Assembly (NCBI GenBank): GCA_963809485.1
Contig: CAWEJX010000007.1
Location: 448,001 to 512,000 of the forward strand
From: an uncultured Acidobacteriota bacterium
Lineage (GTDB): Bacteria; Acidobacteriota; UBA6911
Direction: 5' to 3'
DNA: 64,000 nt
How positions within the stretch are numbered: position 1 is the first letter of the stretch; each line of letters begins with the position of its first letter. Below the pieces are notes generated by a model. It did no database searches. It had not been told where the DNA came from and saw only the letters and a program-made list of their open reading frames with translations. Made by a program: the position numbers and the translations under genes. Shown in pieces: positions 33,903-43,671 of the stretch.

Positions 33903-34535
33903 TCATGCCGGCAACAGAGGCAGGCCGCTCCTCTTTTCCGCTGGAGCCCGCTCTTTCCTCTGCCCGGGCTCCTCCGATTTCTTTCTTCCCTCCATTGGGA
34001 CGTCTATCCGCTCGATCAGGAAGCGCAGTTGGTTGACTGTGTTGTTTTTGAAGTAATTGAATTGGGCTTGCCACTCATTGGTTTTGTCGTAGGCCTTAAG
34101 CCCCTGGCCATAAAGCCGCTGCACGCCCCGATCCATCACCTGGAACACCTCCGCAGGAGAAATGCCCGATAATGCCGCCGGAATGCGGGGGCCGGCATAA
34201 TTTGCCAGGAGAACCACGAAGAGGGCCGCAAGGCCGGCCCCGACTGCAAACCGCGGAGTGAGCAACGGACCCGCCAGATAGCGCTTCAACTGTTCACGGA
34301 AGGACCGGCGTCTTGGACGCCCGGATGTGCGAAGCAGGATTCTGTCCACAACATCAAGGTTAATTTCAAGGGATGGAAAGCTGTGGCACAGATTGACAAC
34401 GGACCGCATTTCATTCAGCAGATCCGAGCACTGAGGGCAGGTTTTCAGGTGCTCGCCAACCTGATCCATTTGCTCCGCCGCGAGGCTCGACTCCATGTAT
34501 TCGCTCAACTGTTCCTGCACCCTTGGGCAATCCAT
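33903..34535 (-). CDS. zf-HC2 anti-sigma factor
   Basis: HLKTCPQC (HxxxCxxC), one TM segment. Confidence 0.88.
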   Translation of the reverse strand: MDCPRVQEQLSEYMESSLAAEQMDQVGEHLKTCPQCSDLLNEMRSVVNLCHSFPSLEINLDVVDRILLRTSGRPRRRSFREQLKRYLAGPLLTPRFAVGAGLAALFVVLLANYAGPRIPAALSGISPAEVFQVMDRGVQRLYGQGLKAYDKTNEWQAQFNYFKNNTVNQLRFLIERIDVPMEGRKKSEEPGQRKERAPAEKRSGLPLLPA

Positions 34536-34543
34536 GACGACTC

Positions 34544-35161
34544 CTAGACCGGGCTGCCCTGCTGTTGGGCACGCCGTTTCATCAACAACCTGGCCAGCTC
34601 GATACGCCCGCGGTTGATACGGCTTTTTACCGTGCCCTCGGGTACACCGAGCATGTCGGCAATCTCCTGGTAAGCCATTCCCTCAAGGTCTCTAAGTATA
34701 ATGGCCTCCTTGAGTTCGGGAGAGAGAGCCTGCAATCCTTCCTGGAGGAAGCTCGCTGCCTCCAGCTGTTCTGCCGCACGATGGGGATTTGGAGTCCTTT
34801 CATCTTTCAGATTCATGGTTTCCAATTCCTCGCTCCCTGCCGTCTGCGGAAATCTGCGGCCTTGCCGGTAATGATCGATGACCAGGTTTCTCGCCACTCT
34901 CAAAATCCAGTTCTGAAAACTTCCCGCCTCCGAACGGTAGCTCTGGAGGTTTTGATAAACTCGAATCAGTATCTCCTGAGTCAGATCCTCCGCCTCATCC
35001 CTGCGGCTCGTATAGCGGTAGCTCAGGTTATAGATACGCTTCCCGTAGGAGTTGACCAGGCTTTCCCAGGCGTCATCATCTCCTTGGATACAGCGCTCTA
35101 CAAGTTTGTGATCGCCTGAGAGCACTCGCAACTCCTTGGCCACTATCTTCTTCTCAATCAT
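34544..35161 (-). CDS. ECF sigma-70 factor (true start probably GTG 35125)
   Basis: AEDLTQE, WILRVARN, GTVKSRINRGR; AAGGAG lies 6 nt before GTG 35125. Confidence 0.93.
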   Translation of the reverse strand: MIEKKIVAKELRVLSGDHKLVERCIQGDDDAWESLVNSYGKRIYNLSYRYTSRRDEAEDLTQEILIRVYQNLQSYRSEAGSFQNWILRVARNLVIDHYRQGRRFPQTAGSEELETMNLKDERTPNPHRAAEQLEAASFLQEGLQALSPELKEAIILRDLEGMAYQEIADMLGVPEGTVKSRINRGRIELARLLMKRRAQQQGSPV

Positions 35162-35163
35162 GG

Positions 35164-35190
35164 AAACGAAATTGAATGTATCAAAGTTCC
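35164..35190 (-). promoter_or_regulatory. Candidate autoregulatory ECF promoter
   Basis: GGAACT-N16-CGTTT on the minus strand directly upstream of the sigma gene. Confidence 0.6.
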
Positions 35191-35357
35191 AAAAAAGCCT
35201 TTTTCCCGGGTACCCGGTGTTGCACAGCCGGGTTGTTTAATGAATAAATAGCACAAAATCAGCATTTGTGCCTGCACGGATTTTCCGGCCTGCCGGCAAA
35301 TTTTGCTCGCAGTGCATAAACAAGGCCGGAAGAGCTGGAAATCTGAATGCACATAAT

Positions 35358-35594
35358 TCTATTAGTAAATCCCCGGCTCTGCCGGGGGACTCAAAGCGTT
35401 TGACAGCTCCGTATTTTGAAACGCTGAGATACGCTGACCAAAGCGCTGACAAACGCCGATCTGGTCGGCGTGGATCGGAAGCACCTAATCGGCTTTTGCC
35501 CGCGTAAGTCAGCGTTCAAGACCAGCGTAACTCCTCCAACCGCTTTGAGAGGTTCCAATCCTTCAAGCCTCCGGCTTTGCCGGAGGTGCCTGAC
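35358..35594 (+). mobile_element. Non-autonomous IS200/IS605-type element, copy 1
   Basis: TAAT| ... TAAA-hairpin (tccccggc tct gccggggg) ... CAAG-hairpin (cctccggc ttt gccggagg) ... TGAC|. Confidence 0.85.
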
Positions 35595-35810
35595 TAATGA
35601 GCGACCGGCTCGGCAGACCTTCGAAGCTTGGTGAGTTGCGGATTCGGGCTCCCAGCCTCCGGCCGCTGCACCTTCCCGCTTTTCTTTATCCTTGACCTTT
35701 GAAACAATTTCCTATTAATTCTTCCAAGATCTTTGTATTCTTGAAGTTGTGCCGCAACAAGCGTGGAGCAAAATGAGCGGCTTCCAGACCTTCAATCCAG
35801 GGCCCGCACC

Positions 35811-36269
35811 ATGAAATGCCCTTTTTGCGGATTTTTAAAAGACCGGGTGGTGGATTCGCGCGAAAGCCGCGACGGAGATTCAATCCGGCGCAGGCGTCAG
35901 TGCCTGAACTGCGGGCGTCGCTTCACCAGCTATGAACGCAGTGATGAAATACCTTATATGGTGGTGAAAAAGGACGGCGGCAGGGAAAGGTTCGACCGCA
36001 ACAAGATCCTCAACGGACTTCTCAAAGCATGCGAAAAGAGGCCGGTCAGCCTCACCCAGCTTGAGAAGATCGTCGACAAGGTGGAACAAACCGTTCAGGA
36101 AAGCCCTGAGCGCGAGCTGGAATCGGTGAACATAGGGAAAATCCTTCTGTCTGAGCTCAGACGCATCGACAAGGTCGCTTACCTCCGTTTCGCTTCTGTT
36201 TATCTCGAATTTGAGGATGTGAGCGAATTCATGACCGAGATTAATGAGCTTTTCGAAAAAAAACAGTAA
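35811..36269 (+). CDS. nrdR: Transcriptional repressor NrdR
   Basis: MKCPFCG..VVDSR..IRRRRQC..C..RFTSYE; VAYLRFASVY. Confidence 0.98.
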   Translation: MKCPFCGFLKDRVVDSRESRDGDSIRRRRQCLNCGRRFTSYERSDEIPYMVVKKDGGRERFDRNKILNGLLKACEKRPVSLTQLEKIVDKVEQTVQESPERELESVNIGKILLSELRRIDKVAYLRFASVYLEFEDVSEFMTEINELFEKKQ

Positions 36270-36302
36270 CGGCGGGTGTGCCCCTGCGCGGAAGCCGGAT
36301 TT

Positions 36303-36369
36303 AAAAAGCAAACACGAAATGCACGAAATGCGCAGCAAATGATTTCGTCTATTTCGTGTCTGCTTTTTT
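36303..36369. repeat. 9-nt-periodic palindrome (CACGAAAT units), possible terminator
   Basis: aaaaagca aacacgaaat gcacgaaat ... atttcgtct atttcgtgtc tgcttttt. Confidence 0.6.
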
Positions 36370-36419
36370 GTCCCCCGGCATCGCGGCCCGCAAGCTGACT
36401 CTTTATTTATACTGTCCCA

Positions 36420-37448
36420 ATGTCAAAGAATCCGGTGCAATTCGACAGTGAAAACGAGCTCATCCGCCTCCTGCAGGATCGCTACCGGATTAAAAATCCT
36501 TTGGTAAAGAAAGGGATCGGAGACGATGCCGCCGTCCTATGCCCCAGGCATGCCGAGGAGTACTGGGTGATCACTACGGATATGCTGCTGGAAAACATCG
36601 ACTTCCGCCTTAGGTGGACGACTCCCGGCGACCTGGGCCGCAAATCGATCGCTGTGAACCTCAGCGATCTGGCCGCCATGGGCGCGCGGCCACGCTTCTA
36701 TACCGTTTCGCTTGCGCTTCCCAGGGAAATATCGCGGAAATGGATCCTGGATTTTTATGACGGGTTGACGGAACTGGGCAGTTCCATGGGGGCAATGCTG
36801 ATCGGGGGAGATTTTTCGCGCTCTGACAGCGGCATTACAATTTCTATTGCCGCCTTGGGGGAATCGCTGCGACGGAAGATTCTGTATCGTTCCGGAGGTC
36901 AGGCGGGGGATCTGCTGTATGTGACCGGGACCCTCGGCAAGTCGGCTGCGGGTTTTAGACTGCTGGAGCAAGGCTTCGGGCGGGCCCGCTCCGGGCCGCA
37001 AAAGGCAGCCGTTCAAGCGCATCAAAGGCCGGAGGCGCGCTGCGAGGCCGGGCTATGGCTGGCGCAGTCCGGCCTGGTCCATTGCATGATGGACCTGAGC
37101 GACGGTCTTTCCATGGATCTGCCGCGGATGTGCGCGGCCGGCAGCGTTGGAGCCGAAATTGATTCGGCGAATCTGCCCATATTCGGGGAATCCGCGCATT
37201 GGGGATTGGACCCATTAGAGCTTGCCCTGCACGGAGGAGAGGATTTCGAGCTGCTTTTTGCCGTTCCGGGCTCCAGGGCTGAACTGTTGAAGCGAACCTA
37301 TCCGGCGCATTTCCCCAAAATCACCTGCATAGGGAATCTGACCGGCAACGCCGGAGCGGTCTGGATCCGCGAACCGGGGAAGAAACGAAGACGCCTGAGG
37401 GAAGGCGGCTATGACCATTTTCGCCGGAGAAAGCCTGCCGATGGTTGA
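36420..37448 (+). CDS. thiL: Thiamine-monophosphate kinase
   Basis: GIGDDAA, VNLSDLAAMGA, MDLSDGL, GGEDFELLF. Confidence 0.96.
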   Translation: MSKNPVQFDSENELIRLLQDRYRIKNPLVKKGIGDDAAVLCPRHAEEYWVITTDMLLENIDFRLRWTTPGDLGRKSIAVNLSDLAAMGARPRFYTVSLALPREISRKWILDFYDGLTELGSSMGAMLIGGDFSRSDSGITISIAALGESLRRKILYRSGGQAGDLLYVTGTLGKSAAGFRLLEQGFGRARSGPQKAAVQAHQRPEARCEAGLWLAQSGLVHCMMDLSDGLSMDLPRMCAAGSVGAEIDSANLPIFGESAHWGLDPLELALHGGEDFELLFAVPGSRAELLKRTYPAHFPKITCIGNLTGNAGAVWIREPGKKRRRLREGGYDHFRRRKPADG

Positions 37449-37550
37449 ACTGGTGCGAGAGGTTGAGCCCGGTGCTGTCTCGTCGTACTCTTTATATAGG
37501 CGCGCAGGCACAAGCCCGATGCAATTGCCGTTACCTGGTGCGGGGTGCCT

Positions 37551-38339
37551 ATGAATGAAGAAGCGGGAGAAAGGATTCAGGAATTTTCCCTGTACGAGCT
37601 CGAGAAACTGCTGGGGTATAGCTTTGCCAACCCGGAGCTGCTCTATCAGGCCCTGACCCATCGATCCTTCGTCAATGAACATGAAGGGGAAAATCTCCGG
37701 AACAATGAATCCCTGGAATTTCTCGGGGATGCCGTCCTCGGTTTTCTGATCAGCTCCAGAATCTTCCGGCTCCATCCTGATCTTACGGAAGGGGGGCTCA
37801 GCAAAATCAAGGCATACCTGGTCAGCGCAGCCAATCTGGTTCGTCTGGCTGAGAAAATTCATCTGGGCGAATTTATTCGCCTGAGCAGAGGCGAAGAGAA
37901 GACGGGCGGCCGGACGAAACGCGCAATCATGGTGGATGCCTACGAAGCGATCATCGGGGCAATTTACCTGGATGGCGGAGTGGAAGCCGCATCGGATTTC
38001 GTATCGCGCCAGATGGATGAGTTTTTTGCAGGACTGGATCTCAAGCAGCTGACCTACGGGGATTTCAAGTCGGCGCTGCAGGAACAGCTGCACAATCTTG
38101 GCCGTCCTGAGCCCGTTTACCGTGTTGTGAACGAGATCGGGCCGGACCACAAAAAGACTTTTGTGGTTCAGGTCGTTATTCACGGGGAAGTGGTTGCCGA
38201 ATCATCAGGCACAACCAAAAAGGAAGCGCAGCAGTCCGCTGCCCGTCTTGCGCTTGAAAGCCTGGCCGCCACCCATTCCCCTTCGGACCCCGCACCGGGT
38301 TCCCCGCCCGACCCCCAATCCTCCACACCCAGCAGCTGA
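37551..38339 (+). CDS. rnc: Ribonuclease III
   Basis: ALTHRS, NESLEFLGDAVL, dsRBD KSALQE...KKEAQQ. Confidence 0.97.
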   Translation: MNEEAGERIQEFSLYELEKLLGYSFANPELLYQALTHRSFVNEHEGENLRNNESLEFLGDAVLGFLISSRIFRLHPDLTEGGLSKIKAYLVSAANLVRLAEKIHLGEFIRLSRGEEKTGGRTKRAIMVDAYEAIIGAIYLDGGVEAASDFVSRQMDEFFAGLDLKQLTYGDFKSALQEQLHNLGRPEPVYRVVNEIGPDHKKTFVVQVVIHGEVVAESSGTTKKEAQQSAARLALESLAATHSPSDPAPGSPPDPQSSTPSS

Positions 38340-38408
38340 CTTCAGGATCGGGGAACGCGGACCTGCGCTGACAAAAACGCCGACGGACGACGATTATCAA
38401 GAGGCGAG

Positions 38409-39878
38409 CTAGTGCGAGAAGAAATTGCCGATGCGCCGGGTCGAGGTTTTATCCGGTTTCTTGAGCTCTTCGGACAGCCTGCGCGCTTCCCTGTTTTCAG
38501 GATCCAGGCCAAGAACTTCGCGCAACTGCACTTCCGCTTTCCTGGGCAACGATACCTTTAAATAAAGCTTTGCCAGAGCCAGACGGCTTTCAATCGAAAA
38601 GGGCTCCAGCTCGCTGGACTTCAGTAGATGCTGTTCCGCGCTTTTTCTATGTTTCGGTGATTCCGACTGCGCAACTCCAAGATAGCGATGGTATCGGGCA
38701 TTCCCGGGACTGAGCCACACACAGTTTTTCAGATGCTCGATCGCCTTCTCAAAGTCGCCCCGAGCCAGGCAGGCGCGCCCTTCCCGGAAGATCACTTCAG
38801 CCTGGTCTCTGTCCGCCGGGCCGGCCGCAGTTCCGGAACTGCTGCGCTTTTCAATCGGGCTTTCATTTTTACGCCGGTTGTCATCGTAGAGTGCTCGAGA
38901 GGAGGGATTTCTGAGTGTTCCGTAGGATTCATTAATGTATGTGAATACCTGTTCGGCCTTGGCCCGCACTTCGGCTGAAAATTGCCTGGACTGATAACGA
39001 TCGGGATGATATTGCCGCGCTAGTTCGTGATACGCACCCTGTATCTCCTCGGCGCTTGCGTCCGTTGCGACACCCAGAATTTTGTAGGGATCGGCAGCTT
39101 CAAATTGCTGGAGCATTGCCTCGAGATTCTGAATTGCGGAATCGGTCTCATCGGCTGCAGCCGGCATATGGCCGGCCTTGACCTCCAGCGCCGCTTCCGG
39201 CTCTATCAGCCCAAGAAAGGCAAGACGCAGCAGGAGTTCTTCCGGCTTGACAGTGCCAGCAGGAAAAAGATTAAGCAGGTCCCCGATCTGCATTTTTTCG
39301 CCTGCCAGCGAAAAACAGTAATACTCGGCGTTATCCAGCGGCAAATTCGCCGCGTCGCGCGAGGCGTTCTGGGGGATGGAGAACGCCCGCTGATAGAAAT
39401 CAGGAGGTATCGCGGCCAGGGCATCGGAAGCTGCGCGCCGGGCAGAGAGGACGAGTATTTCCGGCAGTGCCAGATCGAGGCTCAACCGGTAACGGACAAG
39501 GTTCTCTCCGGGATAAAAGTGCATCTCACAATCAGCCCATTTCAACATTGAGGCCAGAATGGCAATCGCCTGCTCCCGCCTCGCCTGCTCGAGAATGCGT
39601 TCATCGCCATTGGAAATCTTCAGGATGGCCTCCTCGCTGGTTTTCCCGGTCTCCATCAGAGAGGCGACTTCAGGGACGGCGGCGCGCGGCAGGAGGTTCT
39701 TCAGGACTGCGATGCGCGCGAGGTGTTCCTCCGGCAGGCAGCTTTCGGCAAAGGCGAGAGTCCCCTGTTTCAGGACCAGCTGTTTTCTGGCCGATTCCTT
39801 CTGGATGCGAAAAAGGCCGCTTTTGGCGCTATCGTGCAATTCGAACAATTTATCGATCAACGGCCGGTTACATCGCAT
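38409..39878 (-). CDS. DUF4388-like + DnaJ (J) domain + TPR protein
   Basis: DPYKILGV...AYHELARQYHPD; C-terminal TPR helices. Confidence 0.8.
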   Translation of the reverse strand: MRCNRPLIDKLFELHDSAKSGLFRIQKESARKQLVLKQGTLAFAESCLPEEHLARIAVLKNLLPRAAVPEVASLMETGKTSEEAILKISNGDERILEQARREQAIAILASMLKWADCEMHFYPGENLVRYRLSLDLALPEILVLSARRAASDALAAIPPDFYQRAFSIPQNASRDAANLPLDNAEYYCFSLAGEKMQIGDLLNLFPAGTVKPEELLLRLAFLGLIEPEAALEVKAGHMPAAADETDSAIQNLEAMLQQFEAADPYKILGVATDASAEEIQGAYHELARQYHPDRYQSRQFSAEVRAKAEQVFTYINESYGTLRNPSSRALYDDNRRKNESPIEKRSSSGTAAGPADRDQAEVIFREGRACLARGDFEKAIEHLKNCVWLSPGNARYHRYLGVAQSESPKHRKSAEQHLLKSSELEPFSIESRLALAKLYLKVSLPRKAEVQLREVLGLDPENREARRLSEELKKPDKTSTRRIGNFFSH

Positions 39879-39981
39879 GGCAATCCAAAGGACATGGTAT
39901 TTATCGGCGCAGCAGGGGCGCGAATTATCACGATTTTATGGATGCCCGGGCAGATATTGGGGAAATTCGCGCGGTTTTTTT

Positions 39982-40722
39982 CTATTTGAAGCGGCCTGAA
40001 AACAGCCAGTAGCCGAGAAGCGCCAGGGTGTCGTATGCGCTGTGGGCCACGATGGGTGCAATCAGGTTCCCGCTCAACAGATATATAAGGCCGAATATCA
40101 GGCCGTAGACCGTGGCGATGAAAATGCCCTGAACCCCCTGAACGTAATGCCCCGCACCAAACGCAAGACTCCATAGGATCAGACCCACGCCCGCCCCTCC
40201 GAGATATCGGCGAAACTTGTTGAGAATGAAGGCGCGCTGTAATTCTTCCTTAATTCCACCGGCCACCAGCGCCGAAAAAATCAAAAGGGCCAGCTGCTGA
40301 GGCGTATGTATGATCTCAATGAGCGGATTGCGTTCCGTATAATACTCCGGCAGGTAGGTCCGAAGGGCAAAGGACACAAGCGCGTTGATCATGAAAAGGA
40401 CCGGGACCAGCGCAAGTCCCAGAAACAAATTGGATTTCCATCGGCTCCATTGCCATCCGATGCTGCGGATGGATTCCCTGTGAAGTTTCAGTATCAGGGC
40501 GAGAAGGAGAAAGGTGATACAGGATTCCAGCAGGAGGAAAACCGCCATAAACCGGACGTCGCTAATCAGCAGCTCGGACTTATTGCTGCCTATGGCTACA
40601 AAGGGCAGCGCTGCCAGAAAACTCGACATCAGGCCCGAGAGCAGGAAAACTTCAGCCAGGGCCTGGATGCGATCCATCCAGGACTTTCGGGGAGCGGAGG
40701 GCAGTATTGGCGCATAATCCAT
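39982..40722 (-). CDS. CPBP/CAAX intramembrane metalloprotease
   Basis: EELQRAF, FGAGH, PIVAHSAYD. Confidence 0.9.
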   Translation of the reverse strand: MDYAPILPSAPRKSWMDRIQALAEVFLLSGLMSSFLAALPFVAIGSNKSELLISDVRFMAVFLLLESCITFLLLALILKLHRESIRSIGWQWSRWKSNLFLGLALVPVLFMINALVSFALRTYLPEYYTERNPLIEIIHTPQQLALLIFSALVAGGIKEELQRAFILNKFRRYLGGAGVGLILWSLAFGAGHYVQGVQGIFIATVYGLIFGLIYLLSGNLIAPIVAHSAYDTLALLGYWLFSGRFK

Positions 40723-40944
40723 TTTTAGACCCTAACAGCATGCGGCGGCAGAGTCAAGCCAACCGGCATTGAGGTCATTTATTTTCAGTGGTTTGCCACC
40801 GAAATGGGGAGCGCAGGCGCACAAAATCGGGGCGACGGCTGCCGGCGCTGGGGGGATATTTTTAATGAGGTTGAACCCTTCGATCGGTTTCTTCATCAAT
40901 CTTAGTGATTGGAATCAAATATGTTGCCGTGCAAGAATGAAACA

Positions 40945-41601
40945 ATGAAGAGGATCTGCAGCATTCTAATCATTCTGGCCTTTGCGTTCCCTCCGCCTGC
41001 AGCCCAGGCTTCGGGCGATGGGACCCTCCCCGAAGGTACGCGGATCTCTTTGCAGCTGAATGATCACCTGAGCACAAAGGTGAACAACGAGGGCGATTCT
41101 TTCACTACGGTTGTCATTGCGCCCGTATATCTTGGGGACCGTATTGTGATTCCCAAGGGGAGCCTGGTGGCGGGCAGCATCTCGCGCATTATCCGCCCCG
41201 GCAGGTTCAGGGGTAAAGCGGTCATGAACCTTCTCTTTCAGTCCATAAACATCCCCGGGCGCGGTCAGTTACCGATTGCGGCGTCTCTTGTAAGCGTGGA
41301 TTCCGAAGGGAATTCAGGAGTTCGCACGGAAAATACGGTTGAAGGAGAAAGCTCCGGTCGAAGCGATGCCGGCAGGGTTGTGATTCCCGGGCTGGCCGGA
41401 GCCGGAATCGGGACTCTGGCCGGTGGAGGAAAAGGCGCTGCCATAGGCGCCGGAGTCGGAGCCGCCATCGGGCTGGCGACTGTGTTATCCACCCGCGGCA
41501 AGGATCTTCAGGTTCGCAGGGGAGCCACCATGGATATCGCGCTCGACAGGCCCCTGTCAGTTCCGCTCGAGGGAGAGGGCGCGACCGCCAAAAACCGATA
41601 G
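40945..41601 (+). CDS. Exported protein, TrbI/VirB10-like beta domain with glycine zipper
   Basis: Signal peptide; LPEGTRISLQL...IPKGS; GAGIGTLAGGGKGAAIGAGVG. Confidence 0.7.
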   Translation: MKRICSILIILAFAFPPPAAQASGDGTLPEGTRISLQLNDHLSTKVNNEGDSFTTVVIAPVYLGDRIVIPKGSLVAGSISRIIRPGRFRGKAVMNLLFQSINIPGRGQLPIAASLVSVDSEGNSGVRTENTVEGESSGRSDAGRVVIPGLAGAGIGTLAGGGKGAAIGAGVGAAIGLATVLSTRGKDLQVRRGATMDIALDRPLSVPLEGEGATAKNR

Positions 41602-41689
41602 TGCAGCTAAAAAGCCACCTTTCTTCTCTTCCCGGCGCAGCTAAATATCAAAATGTCGAACCGCAGAAGCTTGGGCCGAACTTCATAAT

Positions 41690-41916
41690 TAAATTGGTAA
41701 ATCCCCGGCTCTGCCGGTGGACTCAAAGAGTTTGACAGCTCCGTATTTTGAAACGCTGAGAAAAGCGCTGACAAACACCGATTTGTTCGGCGGGGATCGG
41801 AAGCGCCTCATCGGCTTTTGCCCGCGTAAGTCAGCGTTCAAGACCGGCGTAACTAGTCCAACCGCTTTGAGCGGTTCAAATCTTTCAAGCCTCCGGCTTT
41901 GCCGGAGGTACCTGAC
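41690..41916 (+). mobile_element. Non-autonomous IS200/IS605-type element, copy 2
   Basis: Same ends as copy 1; TAAT at 41686-41689, TGAC at 41913-41916. Confidence 0.85.
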
Positions 41917-41984
41917 TTCTCGTTCATCATCCGAGATTCTGCGGTTCCAAAATTGGCAGCAACTCTGAAGCCTCCGGAGGATGC

Positions 41985-43262
41985 CTATTCCCCCTTTTGA
42001 ATGACCTCCCTGCCCTCCATATACGGCCGTAAAGCTTCCGGAATAACCACCGACCCATCCGTCTGTTGATAGTTTTCCAATATGGCAAGCCAGGTCCTGC
42101 CGATTGCGAGGCCCGATCCATTGAGGGTGTGCAGGTACTGCCGCTTGCCGTCCTCATTTCTGAACCGTATATTGGCGCGCCTCGCCTGGAATGCCTCGAA
42201 GTTGCTGCAGGATGAAATTTCCCGGAAACGGTTCTGACTCGGCAGCCACACTTCCAGATCGTAGGTTTTGGCGCTCGAAAATCCCATGTCCCCCGTGCAG
42301 AGAACCACTACCCGGTAGTGGAGCCCGAGCCGCTGCAGGATGTCCTCGGCATCACGGGTCAGCGATTCCAGCTCCTCGTAGGAGCTCGCGGGATCGGCGA
42401 ATTTCACCAGCTCCACCTTGTTGAATTGATGCAGGCGGATCAGTCCCTTCACATCCTTTCCGTAAGAGCCGGCTTCGCTTCGGAAGCAGGGTGTGAACGC
42501 CACGAATTTCTTCGGCAGCTGGGCCTTTTCCAGAACCTCGTCCCGGTAAATGTTGGTGACCGGTACTTCCGCTGTGGGTATCAGATAGTAATCCGTTCCC
42601 TCGACCCGGAACAGATCCTGGGCAAACTTGGGCAGGTTGCCGGTTCCGAAGAGGCTTTGGAAATTTGCCATAAAGGGAGGCAGGACTTCCCGATAGCCGT
42701 GATGTTTCGTGTGGACATCCAGCATAAAATTGATCAGGGCTCTTTCCATAAGAGCTCCCGTTCCGCTAAGAAGCGAAAAACGCGAGCCGGTAATTTTGAC
42801 GGCTCGATCCATGTCCAGGATTCCCAGGGAGGTTCCCAGATCCACGTGGTCGAGAGGAGCAAAATCGAATTTCGGGGCGCTTCCCCATCGGCGGACCTCC
42901 CGACTCGTCGTTTCGTCGCAACCGGTCGGGACCGAAGGGTCAGGCAGATTGGGAATGCTGTGCAGGAATGAATTCAACCTCGCTTCCGCCTGGCTTGCCG
43001 TTTCATCAAGCGACTTGATTTCGCTCGAAATCTCCTTCACTTTCGCCTGCTGCGCCGCGGTGTCGCTTCCTGATCTCTTCAGCTTTCCGATAGCTTCGGA
43101 AGCCTCGTTGCGCTGCCGCCGGAGCTCCTCGCAGCGCAGGATGATGCTCTTCCATTCCGCGTCCGCGGCGATCAGCTCATCGAGGGGGTATTGCCCTCCG
43201 CGGGCGGCCAGCCTTTCCCGAACGCTGTCTATGTTCTCCCGGATAAAGTTTTTATCCAGCAT
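41985..43262 (-). CDS. serS: Serine--tRNA ligase
   Basis: [41 protein letters not shown]. Confidence 0.98.
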   Translation of the reverse strand: MLDKNFIRENIDSVRERLAARGGQYPLDELIAADAEWKSIILRCEELRRQRNEASEAIGKLKRSGSDTAAQQAKVKEISSEIKSLDETASQAEARLNSFLHSIPNLPDPSVPTGCDETTSREVRRWGSAPKFDFAPLDHVDLGTSLGILDMDRAVKITGSRFSLLSGTGALMERALINFMLDVHTKHHGYREVLPPFMANFQSLFGTGNLPKFAQDLFRVEGTDYYLIPTAEVPVTNIYRDEVLEKAQLPKKFVAFTPCFRSEAGSYGKDVKGLIRLHQFNKVELVKFADPASSYEELESLTRDAEDILQRLGLHYRVVVLCTGDMGFSSAKTYDLEVWLPSQNRFREISSCSNFEAFQARRANIRFRNEDGKRQYLHTLNGSGLAIGRTWLAILENYQQTDGSVVIPEALRPYMEGREVIQKGE

Positions 43263-43324
43263 ATGGGATCCTCCCTACCACGCATTCTACCATTGAAGCG
43301 AGGCTATCCACGGGATTTCGAGAT

Positions 43325-43523
43325 CCAGCGGAGCGGTGGTTCCGAAGACTTTCGCGGGTCTGACGCCTTTCCGGGATTCAGGTGGCTGAGGCGCATGCCG
43401 CCTTAATGCTCCCACGGGGGGAGCGGCATAGGGCGCTCATCTGAAAGCATAGAGGCTCCTCTCGAAAAGACCTTCAAGTTTGCCGTAATTGGTCTGCACG
43501 ACGCCGCTAGTCGGAGCCCTCAT
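43325..43523 (-). pseudogene. N-terminal relic of a type-B carboxylesterase
   Basis: After GGAGG: MRAPTSGVVQTNYGKLEGLFERSLYAFR*APYAAPPVGALRRHAPQPPESRKGVRPAKVFG; in-frame TGA at 43437-43439. Confidence 0.8.
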
Positions 43524-43671
43524 CGGATGTTTTCTCCTCCAACAGGTTTTCACTCCCTGCGCATTCTATCATTGACATTGTCAGATGCCGTTGTTTCAAT
43601 CATTTTTGGCTTCAGGGGGCGGTTACCGGATACAATGAGGTTCCAGCACACTTTTGAGAAAGAAGAACAAA

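Noticed and set aside
41717-41968. Small similar ORFs in the repeat copies (also 35268..35507, 60378..60881, 61908..62513)
   Set aside because: Starts, frames and lengths differ between copies because of non-triplet indels; the similarity is at DNA level only.
43297-43523. Possible ncRNA or riboswitch upstream of serS, or Sec read-through at the TGA
   Set aside because: Better explained as a carboxylesterase relic; the TGA replaces a conserved Gly, not a Cys.
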